Origin: Patescibacteria group bacterium
GTDB lineage: Bacteria; Patescibacteriota; Microgenomatia; UBA1400; PJMF01
Assembly (NCBI GenBank): GCA_018816485.1
Contig: JAHIVL010000061.1
Location: 1 to 38,844, forward strand
DNA: 38,844 nt
Direction of reading: 5' to 3'
The notes under the pieces were generated by a model. That model worked only from the letters and a program-made list of their open reading frames with translations. It searched no databases and was not told where the DNA came from. Shown here piece after piece: positions 28,561-37,048 of the stretch. Position numbers and translations under genes: made by a program. The first letter of the stretch is position 1. Each line of letters starts with the position of its first letter.

Positions 28561-29580
28561 ATGAAAATTTTATTAAATATTCCTCAAAGTAAATGGGATA
28601 ATAGCAACATTAGTAGAGCACTTGCAAGTTTTCCAGGACAAATTTTAACCTATGTTAAGAAAACTGATGCAGCAGCAATTTTAAGACTTGAGCAGTGGTT
28701 ATCAATAATTTTATGGAGATGGTACTTTTTAGTCAATGATTCTTTAACTACTTCACCATATCTTTATTTAATATGGAGGCATGATTTAGAAAATTGGCCT
28801 AAAGAAAGTCAGTTCTTAGTTATTGCAAAAACTAATTTTATAGACCAGAAAATTAATATAACTCTTGACGTTGATGCAATTGATTTTAATCAACAACCAT
28901 TATTGGTTGACCTATTGAATGTAAAATCTAAAATAAATTCAAAAACAAATTTATTTTTCCCCAATGATTCTGTATACACGAAGTTAATTGAGAACCTAAA
29001 ACTTGAATTTACCAAAGATGTTAAAGATATCAAAGGTTTCACAGAGAATAAAAATCCAAATAAACTAGATCAATCTCAAATTCAATTAACTAAAAAAATA
29101 GTTGTCTACTTACTTGATGAATGGCATAAGACTGATGAAATTATAAATAAAAGTTGGACTAAAGTAGAATGGCAGGGTCTTTGGAGTTGGGTATTTTCAT
29201 TTATCCAAAAAGAAGATGAACTCACTTCAGAAATGTTTTCCGATAAAATTATTAAACATACACGTAAAACAATGCCCACTTTTGGTTTAACTGGCCAAGA
29301 AATGGAGCAAATGGAACAGAATAATGCTTCTTACTCAAGGTCCCAAGCAAGTAGTCAATTTATGTTTTGGTTAAATTGTACGAGATTTTTTACACTTCCT
29401 TTGTCATGGTATTTACACCTAGTAGCGCCAGTTTTTCTTGAACAATTGAATTTTGATCAAGATATCAAAGATACCTTAACAAATTTTTTTGAAGATCCAA
29501 TTCTTCTTTTTAATCCATTTTCTGCGATATCACTTACTAGTTTTGGGAGTCAAGTATTAACAGAGGATCTTTGGAGGTAG
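28561..29580 (+). CDS. hypothetical protein (no recognisable domain)
   Basis: 339-aa ORF, Trp-rich. Its stop is 4 nt before the start of the next gene. Confidence 0.7.
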   Translation: MKILLNIPQSKWDNSNISRALASFPGQILTYVKKTDAAAILRLEQWLSIILWRWYFLVNDSLTTSPYLYLIWRHDLENWPKESQFLVIAKTNFIDQKINITLDVDAIDFNQQPLLVDLLNVKSKINSKTNLFFPNDSVYTKLIENLKLEFTKDVKDIKGFTENKNPNKLDQSQIQLTKKIVVYLLDEWHKTDEIINKSWTKVEWQGLWSWVFSFIQKEDELTSEMFSDKIIKHTRKTMPTFGLTGQEMEQMEQNNASYSRSQASSQFMFWLNCTRFFTLPLSWYLHLVAPVFLEQLNFDQDIKDTLTNFFEDPILLFNPFSAISLTSFGSQVLTEDLWR

Positions 29581-29584
29581 ATTT

Positions 29585-31804
29585 ATGGGTTTAAGTTTTA
29601 ATAGTAGTCTCAAGCCGGAAGAACATAAAAAAATTGGTCGTAATGAACTATGTTCATGTGGTAGTGGTAAGAAATTTAAAAAATGTTGTTTACAAAAGCA
29701 GAACGAACAACAATATTCTGCAGGTAATAAACAAGGGAAAGTTGCTAGAGTTGTAGATTGGGTAACCCAGCAGCCGTGGAATGAATGGTACTTACAAGCT
29801 TATTTCAAGCGTTATTATCCAAATTTGACTATGGAAGAATCAGAGATGAGTGCGATTATGGATTTAGCTATTTTTGAAGGACTAGTTGGCAGTAAGACTC
29901 CACTGGAAATGTTTGTGTCTCAAGCTACTTTAACTACTTCAGAAAGAAATTATTATCAAAGCTGGACTGATAATCATATCTTTTCTTTTTTTAAAGTTCA
30001 AGAAGTTGATTTAGGACAAAGTGTTGTTCTTAAAGATTTGCTATCTAAATTGGGTAAAACATATTTTGTACTAGAAAAGCAGGGCACTTATACTATGTCT
30101 GTTGGTACTGTTGTAGCCGCACGACTTGTTTCTCATTATGATGATTGGATGATGAGTGGAGGAGCGCTTTTTGCCCTGCCATCAGAATTTACACATCTGT
30201 TACAAAAAAATAGAGATAAACTTCCTAGTGAAGGAATTACTCAACAAGAGTTCATGGAAAGCTCACTACCTCAATTTGACCACATAGATAAAGATTCTTT
30301 GGTTGAAAATGGCTACACTCTTGATGAGGTGGAGAAAGCATTGAGTTTACTAGGCGAAGAACTTGATGTTGTTGAGGTATTACAACGATGTAAACCTGTT
30401 GCAATGGGAACTAGCGTTGTTAACGATAAACAATTGAATAGCAGTGAATTGTATAAAAATGATCTGCAAGAAATAATTTTTAAATGCGATAGTCAGCACC
30501 AAATTAATAGACTATTTAGCTTACTAAAAAGGTTGGGTGACTTAACTGTCCCGGATAGTTTTGATAGCAATGTTAGTAAACAGATTCAAGTAGGGAAAGC
30601 TGAGGTCGAAAAATTTGAATTTAAAACAAACTTTGCGGATTCTCATGAAGGTTTATCTTCCAAGCAAATTAAAATTTATAATAAGGCCGCAAGCAACTTG
30701 CTCAATAAAAAACCACTATTAGCTCTTAAGCAGTTTGCTCAATTGACATCTGTTGTTGAGTCAATAGATGAGTCATTTCGTTGGTATGGCAATGTAGGAA
30801 CGTGTTTGTCAATGTTGGGACAATTAAAATTAGCAGAGTCATTTTTTAAAAAGGCTGTAAGGATTAATTCTAACTACGATGTTGCAAAAAACAACTTAAA
30901 AAATTTTGATGATGACAAGATTAAAGACCAGCTTATTAATCAAGGATCAATATATTTTTGGTCTATGTTTCATAGAACAAAGTGGGCCCTAAATTTAGCC
31001 GATAGCGTGAGTTCTAAGTTACTTCAAAAATCAAATCCAAGCTTATTACAAGATATGATAGTTTTTTTGAGTTATTTTGAAGATAATAAAGTAAGTTTAA
31101 CACCAAAAAGAAAAGATATTCCCTTAAAGACCGTGAAGGTTATTAATAAACTGTTTGTTGTTGCAGATTCAGAAACAATGTCTTACAAATTTAGCAAGGA
31201 GTCTGAGTTTTCTCAACTAAGGTTGTTACGTATGGTAGCTTTATTTACTGGTTGGGTTAAAATTACTACCACTGGGCGCAAAACATCCAGACCTATTTTA
31301 AGTATTACTAATAAGGGTAAAGAGTGGCTTAAGAAACCAGCCTTGGACCAGTTTAGTATGTTGCTCACAGCCTGGTGGGGGGATACTGCATGGGAAGAGG
31401 TATATGATTTTCATAATTTAGCTACTGGCTTTATTGAGCAATCTCTTGGTTTTTATCAAGATTCTTTGTTTGTGTGTTTGAGAAGTCTTTACTGGGCTAA
31501 TGGATGGCTCTCTTTAGAGAAAGTAATGGGTAGTTTTTCTTCAACGGCGGATGAGTTTGAAATTTTCTTATCTAGCTCTATGTTTGAAAGGGATGTCTTA
31601 ATATTTTTAACTAAGGCGGGATTGGTGAAGCCTAAGTACCAGGATTTAGTATTTGTTAGGGGAGAAATATCGTTTGATGATGATCCAGACGACAAAAGAG
31701 AGCAAGCTTATAAAATGACAGCTTTAGGCAGGCAAGTATTTGTAGTGTTGGAAGAAAGATTGAGAGGTATGGTGCCAAAAGAAATTTTGCAGATGGAGTT
31801 GTAG
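29585..31804 (+). CDS. SEC-C motif / TPR-containing protein of unknown function
   Basis: 739 aa. The N-terminal CSCGSGKKFKKCC is a SEC-C zinc-binding motif. A TPR-like segment (YGNVGTCLSMLGQLKLAESFFKKAVRINSNY) is present. The C-terminal region looks winged-helix-like, which is inference only. Confidence 0.75.
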   Translation: MGLSFNSSLKPEEHKKIGRNELCSCGSGKKFKKCCLQKQNEQQYSAGNKQGKVARVVDWVTQQPWNEWYLQAYFKRYYPNLTMEESEMSAIMDLAIFEGLVGSKTPLEMFVSQATLTTSERNYYQSWTDNHIFSFFKVQEVDLGQSVVLKDLLSKLGKTYFVLEKQGTYTMSVGTVVAARLVSHYDDWMMSGGALFALPSEFTHLLQKNRDKLPSEGITQQEFMESSLPQFDHIDKDSLVENGYTLDEVEKALSLLGEELDVVEVLQRCKPVAMGTSVVNDKQLNSSELYKNDLQEIIFKCDSQHQINRLFSLLKRLGDLTVPDSFDSNVSKQIQVGKAEVEKFEFKTNFADSHEGLSSKQIKIYNKAASNLLNKKPLLALKQFAQLTSVVESIDESFRWYGNVGTCLSMLGQLKLAESFFKKAVRINSNYDVAKNNLKNFDDDKIKDQLINQGSIYFWSMFHRTKWALNLADSVSSKLLQKSNPSLLQDMIVFLSYFEDNKVSLTPKRKDIPLKTVKVINKLFVVADSETMSYKFSKESEFSQLRLLRMVALFTGWVKITTTGRKTSRPILSITNKGKEWLKKPALDQFSMLLTAWWGDTAWEEVYDFHNLATGFIEQSLGFYQDSLFVCLRSLYWANGWLSLEKVMGSFSSTADEFEIFLSSSMFERDVLIFLTKAGLVKPKYQDLVFVRGEISFDDDPDDKREQAYKMTALGRQVFVVLEERLRGMVPKEILQMEL

Positions 31805-31820
31805 GTAAAAAACTTGATAA

Positions 31821-31893
31821 TGTTTCTGTAGATACTAAAAATTATAGTAATTATAGAAATGATTGAGAAAATAAAAAAAGTACCATTTTTATC
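31821..31893 (+). repeat. 73-bp direct repeat, copy 1 (duplicate of the abiEi upstream region plus its first 12 codons)
   Basis: Identical to 34619-34691. The duplicated ATG at 31859 opens only a 21-codon ORF (MIEKIKKVPFLSQSSFSISPN). Confidence 0.9.
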
Positions 31894-31954
31894 ACAAAGC
31901 TCCTTTTCCATTTCGCCAAATTAGGCGAAAATTGGTGAATTGAGGTTAACTGTA

Positions 31955-32005
31955 ATAAACTGACGCCAGTTTGGTAGAGAAATCATGTCAAACTGGTGTC
32001 AGTTT
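31955..32005. other. 17-bp-arm inverted repeat (taaactgacgccagttt / aaactggtgtcagttta) with a 17-nt loop
   Basis: Read directly from the sequence. The single mismatch would be a G-U pair in RNA. Confidence 0.5.
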
Positions 32006-32058
32006 AATTTGGTAAAACTTATTCGGTACTTGATTTTGGACGTGTGACCAATAGTGTA

Positions 32059-32110
32059 AAAATGTGCATAGTAATAGTTTAAAAATGTGCACTTTTCCTT
32101 GATCCTAGTA
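32059..32110 (+). repeat. dispersed 52-bp repeat, copy 2
   Basis: Matches 12106-12157 with one mismatch, in the same orientation. It abuts the truncated 5' end of the AlbA_2 pseudogene. Confidence 0.9.
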
Positions 32111-33038
32111 TTTACCCTATAGTTTTAGAAAAACAACAAGGAAGTAAAAAATATATTGAGATTGTGGTAGAAAAAAGTTTTATCTCTCCACATTTTGCAG
32201 ACCACATTGCTTATCAAAGAGTTGGAAGGACTTCACAAAAGCTATCTGCTCAAGAAATAGAAAAATATATTTCTCAAAGAAATACTGTTAGTTTTGACAA
32301 TACAGCACTTTTGCCAGTAAAAATTGAGAATATATCTATTGCCAAGGTTAAAGAGTTTTTAGATTCAATTAATAAAAATTATCCTGTGAATTCTTACCTT
32401 CTTTCTAGAAATTGCTTAAAACAAGAGTCAGCAGTATCAAGCTCTTTACCTACTTTTAACTCCTACAGTTGCAGGTATTTTACTATTTGGAGAGGATCCA
32501 CAGTCATTTCTCACTCAGTCACATATTACGTTAGTTGATTACACCAAGTCGGCACAAAAAGAAGTTAAAGTAATAAAATCTATTGCTGGAACAGTGTTGG
32601 AGCAGTTATCACAGCTGGTTGAGAATATTTACAGGGCTTTACTCTCCTTTGGATATTTTACCCAAAAATGAGATAAAAAGAAAAAAAGTCTATGTGATTC
32701 CACCAGCTATTTTAAGAGAGATACTGGTTAATGCACTTACTCATAGGGATTACTCTGATTATGGAAGAAAAACAATTATCCAGTTGTATAAAGATAGATT
32801 TACCATCTCTAATCCAGCTAGATTTGATAAAAATATAACAGAAAATGACTTAATTAACTATCAATACTCACAAAATCCTATTTTAACTAGAGTCTTTTTT
32901 GAAGCAGGATTGATAGAGGAAATTGGTAAAGGATATAGCTCATCTGAGTTGGCGAAGTCTCTAGATGTTTCAAAGGATACTATCTTGAGTGATTTGGAAA
33001 CATTAAAATCATTAATTAATATTGTTGACGAAGGGTAA
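32083..33038 (+). pseudogene. decayed AlbA_2 / HATPase_c_4 (Schlafen/RecG-C-terminal-like) putative DNA-binding regulator
   Basis: The N-terminal part of the AlbA_2 domain is missing. Three reading frames are needed to recover the conserved blocks: HIAYQRVGRTSQKLSAQE (frame 1), LTPTVAGILLFGEDPQSF (second frame) and AILREILVNALTHRDYS (ORF 32583-33038). This implies at least two frameshifts plus a 5' truncation. Confidence 0.7.
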
Positions 33039-33139
33039 GGTAGAACAACTAGATATCGTTGGATTCAGTAAACTATAAATCAAACCATAAACAATGGTCA
33101 TTGTTATAATGTCTATTGTTGTGTTAAAATAACAACTAT

Positions 33140-34600
33140 ATGAAAAAATTTTATAATCGAAAAGATGAAATCCAGGCTTTACTAGATATACACAAAGAAT
33201 CAAAAGACCAAGCTAGATTTACTTATATTATCGGTCAAAGAAGAATTGGCAAGACGAAGTTAATAGAACACGTATTTCTAAATTCAAAATTTCAAAAAAA
33301 GAACAAAGTTGTGTACTTTTTTGTTGAACGTAAATCTGTAGATGCTCTTTTACTAGAGTTTACAGATTTGTTAAAAAGTATTTTTGATCTTACCCCAGAG
33401 TTTAAAGATTTATCTTCATTTTTTAAGTATCTTTTTGAGCAATCTAGACACCAAAATTTAACAATAATTTTTGACGAGTTTCAAAATTTTAGTTATGTTG
33501 ATTCAAGTGTCTTTTCTACTTTGCAAAAACTATGGGACAAACACAAATATGAATCTTACCTCAATTTAATTACTATCGGGTCAATATATTCTTCAATGGA
33601 AAAAATATTTGTATCAAAACATGAACCTTTATTTGGTAGGCCTACAGATAAATTATCTCTTAAAACATTTAGTATTTCCACTTTACAAGAGATATTAAAA
33701 GATAATAAAGTTAATAGTTTTGACCAGTTACTAAGTAATTTCACATTATTTAATGGTATTCCTAAATATTGGGATATTCTTGAATATAAGAAATTGTTGA
33801 ATAAAAAACCAGACGAAATTTTACTTGATTTATTTTTATCTTCACGGTCTTTACTAAAGAATGAAGGTAAAGAGTTACTTATGGAAGAATTTGGTCCAGA
33901 ATATCATACTTATTTTTCTATTATTGAGGCTATAGCAACACTTAGTAAAGTTTCAACTAATAAAATAGCTTCTAGGGTAGGTATTGAGTCTCATCATGTT
34001 AGTACTTACTTAGCATCTTTAAATAAAAAGTTTAGTTTAATTACTAAGAAAAAATCACTAATTAATTTCTCAAATAAAAAAGGGAGATATATACTTAACA
34101 ATAGATTTTTGCAAACTTGGTTTAGGTACATATTTGCTAATAAAAGTTTAGTGGAGTCTGGGAACAAACAAGAGATTATAAACAAATTTAATAAAGATTT
34201 TCAGAGTTATAAAGGACTGGCTTTTGAAGATCTTACTATTCAGATACTAAAATCAACTTATCAAAAGTTTTCATATGAAACATGGGGAGGGTATTGGGAC
34301 AAGCAGAGAGAAATAGATATTGTAGGTATAAATAAATCTGAAAAAACTGCGATGATTGGAGAGTGTAAATTATCTGTTAATATGGTTAATGATGAAATAG
34401 TTCAAAAAATGGAAGAAAATGCTAGATACTTGAGTTCTGTTTTGGTGGGTTACAAGGTTAAAAAATATATCTTTGTTGCTAGTAAAGGTAGTAAGAGTAA
34501 AGCTAAGCAGTGGGATGATGATTATGGTATTAAGTTGGTTGATAAAGATGAGCTGTTAGGTTTAATAACTGAATCAACTCGGAATGAGTGTTGCGAGTAG
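33140..34600 (+). CDS. Arch_ATPase/DUF234-family AAA+ ATPase with a PD-(D/E)xK-like C-terminal motif
   Basis: 486 aa. FYNRKDEIQALLD...GQRRIGKTKLI supplies Walker A and IIFDEFQNF supplies Walker B. The C-terminal EIDIVG-x12-IGECKLS resembles a restriction-endonuclease-fold motif. Confidence 0.8.
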   Translation: MKKFYNRKDEIQALLDIHKESKDQARFTYIIGQRRIGKTKLIEHVFLNSKFQKKNKVVYFFVERKSVDALLLEFTDLLKSIFDLTPEFKDLSSFFKYLFEQSRHQNLTIIFDEFQNFSYVDSSVFSTLQKLWDKHKYESYLNLITIGSIYSSMEKIFVSKHEPLFGRPTDKLSLKTFSISTLQEILKDNKVNSFDQLLSNFTLFNGIPKYWDILEYKKLLNKKPDEILLDLFLSSRSLLKNEGKELLMEEFGPEYHTYFSIIEAIATLSKVSTNKIASRVGIESHHVSTYLASLNKKFSLITKKKSLINFSNKKGRYILNNRFLQTWFRYIFANKSLVESGNKQEIINKFNKDFQSYKGLAFEDLTIQILKSTYQKFSYETWGGYWDKQREIDIVGINKSEKTAMIGECKLSVNMVNDEIVQKMEENARYLSSVLVGYKVKKYIFVASKGSKSKAKQWDDDYGIKLVDKDELLGLITESTRNECCE

Positions 34601-34618
34601 TTGTTTAATGTGTTATAT

Positions 34619-34691
34619 TGTTTCTGTAGATACTAAAAATTATAGTAATTATAGAAATGATTGAGAAAATAAAAAAAGTACCATTTTTATC
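34619..34691 (+). repeat. 73-bp direct repeat, copy 2 (native abiEi 5' region)
   Basis: Identical to 31821-31893. Confidence 0.9.
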
Positions 34692-35277
34692 TAAAACAGC
34701 GCTTGCTGTGGCTTTAGATAAAAATAAAAATACTTTGCGCAACACTATAGATTATTGGGTTAAAAACAAAACTCTTACGAGGCTTAAGAGAGGTTTTTAT
34801 GTGTTTAGTAGTTTTTTAGACAGAAAAAATAACTCACTATATTATTCTAAATTTTTAGCGACTAAATTGATAGAGCCAAGTTATTTGAGTAAGGAATTTA
34901 TTCTACAAGAATATCAAATATTGACAGATGTAGTGTATGGTTATTCAGTAGTTACTTTAAAAAAGACAAATACTATTGCGAATAAATTTGGAGTTTTTAA
35001 TTATAGTTCAATAAAAAAAGACTTATTTGTTGGTTTTTCTCAAGTATCATATGGAAGTATGAGTTGGTATGTGGCAAGCAAGGCCAAAGCACTGTTTGAC
35101 TATATTTATTTTAATCAAAACAAATTTACCACTTTTTCTGAAGGTGAGTTACTTGGTTTAAGGTTAAGATTAGAAGTGATGTCTGCTCAGGATTGGAAAG
35201 AGTATAAAAAATATCTTAAAAAAGCACCAAAAAAAATGAGTCAGATTTATAAAATTATGGAAACATCACTATGTTAA
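34657..35277 (+). CDS. abiEi: AbiEi-family type IV toxin-antitoxin antitoxin / transcriptional regulator
   Basis: 206 aa with an N-terminal wHTH ending in LTRLKRGFYVF (the AbiEi_4 pattern ..rl.rGvY). It overlaps the downstream AbiEii gene by 7 nt. Confidence 0.75.
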   Translation: MIEKIKKVPFLSKTALAVALDKNKNTLRNTIDYWVKNKTLTRLKRGFYVFSSFLDRKNNSLYYSKFLATKLIEPSYLSKEFILQEYQILTDVVYGYSVVTLKKTNTIANKFGVFNYSSIKKDLFVGFSQVSYGSMSWYVASKAKALFDYIYFNQNKFTTFSEGELLGLRLRLEVMSAQDWKEYKKYLKKAPKKMSQIYKIMETSLC

Positions 35278-36128
35278 TAGATAATTTAAAAGAAATAGTG
35301 CAGATTAGTAGAAGTAAGAATATGTCTGTAGAGTATATAAAAATTGAACTTAAAGAAGTATTAATTGACTATACTTTAGATTTTATCTATAACTCACCAA
35401 AGTGGAACAAACTTATTTTTGGAGGTGGAACTGCTTTGAAAATGATTGGCAAGACAGCGAGATTGTCCGAAGATTTAGATATGGATTACTTAACAGCAGA
35501 ATTTGATTCAAAAGGTTTTGTTAAGAGTTTGCTAGCTTTTTTTAAAAATCTTGGAGTAGGTGAAGTCACAACAACACTGCAACATAAGGATCAAATTATT
35601 ACAATTAAGTTTCCAATCTTAAAAGAACTGGGTTTGATTAAAGATATAAAAAATGAAAGTAATTTACTTTATTTAAAAATAGAACTAGAGAAGAACAAAT
35701 ACTCTGAATTTACAACGGCAGTGACTCCTTTTATGAAAAACAACTTATTTTCTGTGGTTAAACACTATGATTTGGAGACACTTTTTGCCAATAAAATTGG
35801 CGCCATTTTGGGTAGAAAAAACAAGATCTATCATGATAAATATGATTTCAAAGGTCGTGATTTTTATGATCTAATTTGGTTTTTACAGCATAGCATTAAA
35901 CCAAATTTAAAAAGATTAAAGCAAATAATTAAAATTGAGCAAAAAAAGACAGTAGAAAATTACGATGATGTCTGGAAATTGCTAACAAATAGAGTTAAAG
36001 AAGTAAATACTGCTGGAATTTATGCAGATATGAAAAATTTAGTTAAAGAACCCGCAGGCATCAAACAATTGGCCAATAATTATCTAGAAATATATTCTTC
36101 TTTGGTAAAAAAACTGAGTTATAGCTAA
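35271..36128 (+). CDS. abiEii: AbiEii/AbiGii-family nucleotidyltransferase toxin (DUF1814)
   Basis: 285 aa. FGGGTALKMIGKTARLSEDLDMDY matches the AbiEii NTase motifs (GGTAL...R.S.DLD). Confidence 0.85.
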   Translation: MLIDNLKEIVQISRSKNMSVEYIKIELKEVLIDYTLDFIYNSPKWNKLIFGGGTALKMIGKTARLSEDLDMDYLTAEFDSKGFVKSLLAFFKNLGVGEVTTTLQHKDQIITIKFPILKELGLIKDIKNESNLLYLKIELEKNKYSEFTTAVTPFMKNNLFSVVKHYDLETLFANKIGAILGRKNKIYHDKYDFKGRDFYDLIWFLQHSIKPNLKRLKQIIKIEQKKTVENYDDVWKLLTNRVKEVNTAGIYADMKNLVKEPAGIKQLANNYLEIYSSLVKKLSYS

Positions 36129-36140
36129 GATTTACAAGAG

Positions 36141-36222
36141 CTTGAAACTTCTCAGCGCTGACAATAGTGTATGGGCAACTGTGTGTGAAGATAGGTCGAG
36201 GCCAGAATTAAGCGTTTTTTTG
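36141..36222 (+). repeat. 82-bp direct repeat, copy 2 (orphan 5S rRNA 3' fragment plus trailer)
   Basis: Matches 28310-28391 with two substitutions. No 5S 5' half precedes it. Confidence 0.9.
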
Positions 36223-36271
36223 CGCCTATTTTGATGTTTAGTCTTTTCACTCGAGGTGATATAGTACCGTT

Positions 36272-37045
36272 ATGTTGAGTTACTTTTCTAAATACTGGTT
36301 TGATTTTGTCTGGGTGATGACTTTAAAAGAGATAAAAGCACGATACAAGCGTGTTTTTTTAGGATTTATTTGGGCAATTTTAAATCCAATTTTTCAAATG
36401 TTGGCTATTGGGTTTATATTCCAATTTTTTATTCCAGTAAAGATTGACAACTATTTCTACTTTCTATTTGCAGGGCTTCTTCCTTGGAATTTTTTTTCAT
36501 ATACATTTAGTAAATGTACCCCATTAATGCTTAATGAAAGATCTCTTATTCAAAAAGCAAAGTTTCCCAGAGAAGCACTTGTTCTTTCAATTGTTTTTTC
36601 AAATCTATTTCATTTTTTAATATCTCTATTTTTATTTACAGTGCTGACTATTTTTGTAGGCTATCTATCTTTGTTTAAATTATTTATTTTGTTTTTAGCT
36701 ATTTTGTGGTTAGTTTTCTTTACTATAGGAATTTCTTTTTTGTTATCGACGCTTTTTGTACGATACAGAGATATAAAATTTATTGTTCAAGCAATTATTC
36801 CTTTGTGGTTTTATGCAACTCCAATAATATACACAAGAGCTCTTTTGCCAGAATGGGTAGCAACTATTTTAAAGTTTAATCCTATGACAGGAATTATTGA
36901 GTTATTTCAGTTTGTTTTTATAAGTGGGAACTCAATTATTAACTTAGAAGCAGTTGTCCCAGGAATTTTAATTTCACTTACAATTGTATTAATTGGGATT
37001 TATTTATTTAAAAGGGACAATCAATATTTTGATGATTGGTTGTAA
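36272..37045 (+). CDS. ABC-2 type polysaccharide/teichoic-acid export permease (Wzm/TagG-like)
   Basis: 257 aa with six TM segments. The N-terminal IKARYKRVFLGFIWAILNPIFQM is typical of ABC-2 exporters. Confidence 0.85.
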   Translation: MLSYFSKYWFDFVWVMTLKEIKARYKRVFLGFIWAILNPIFQMLAIGFIFQFFIPVKIDNYFYFLFAGLLPWNFFSYTFSKCTPLMLNERSLIQKAKFPREALVLSIVFSNLFHFLISLFLFTVLTIFVGYLSLFKLFILFLAILWLVFFTIGISFLLSTLFVRYRDIKFIVQAIIPLWFYATPIIYTRALLPEWVATILKFNPMTGIIELFQFVFISGNSIINLEAVVPGILISLTIVLIGIYLFKRDNQYFDDWL

Positions 37046-37048
37046 AAA

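Larger units (their letters stand above)
28392..36140. mobile_element. about 7.7-kb accessory island bounded by the duplicated 5S 3' segment; no recombinase gene detected
   Basis: It is flanked by the 82-bp direct repeats. Its content is entirely accessory or defence-like, while housekeeping rRNA and glycan-export genes lie on either side. Confidence 0.55.
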
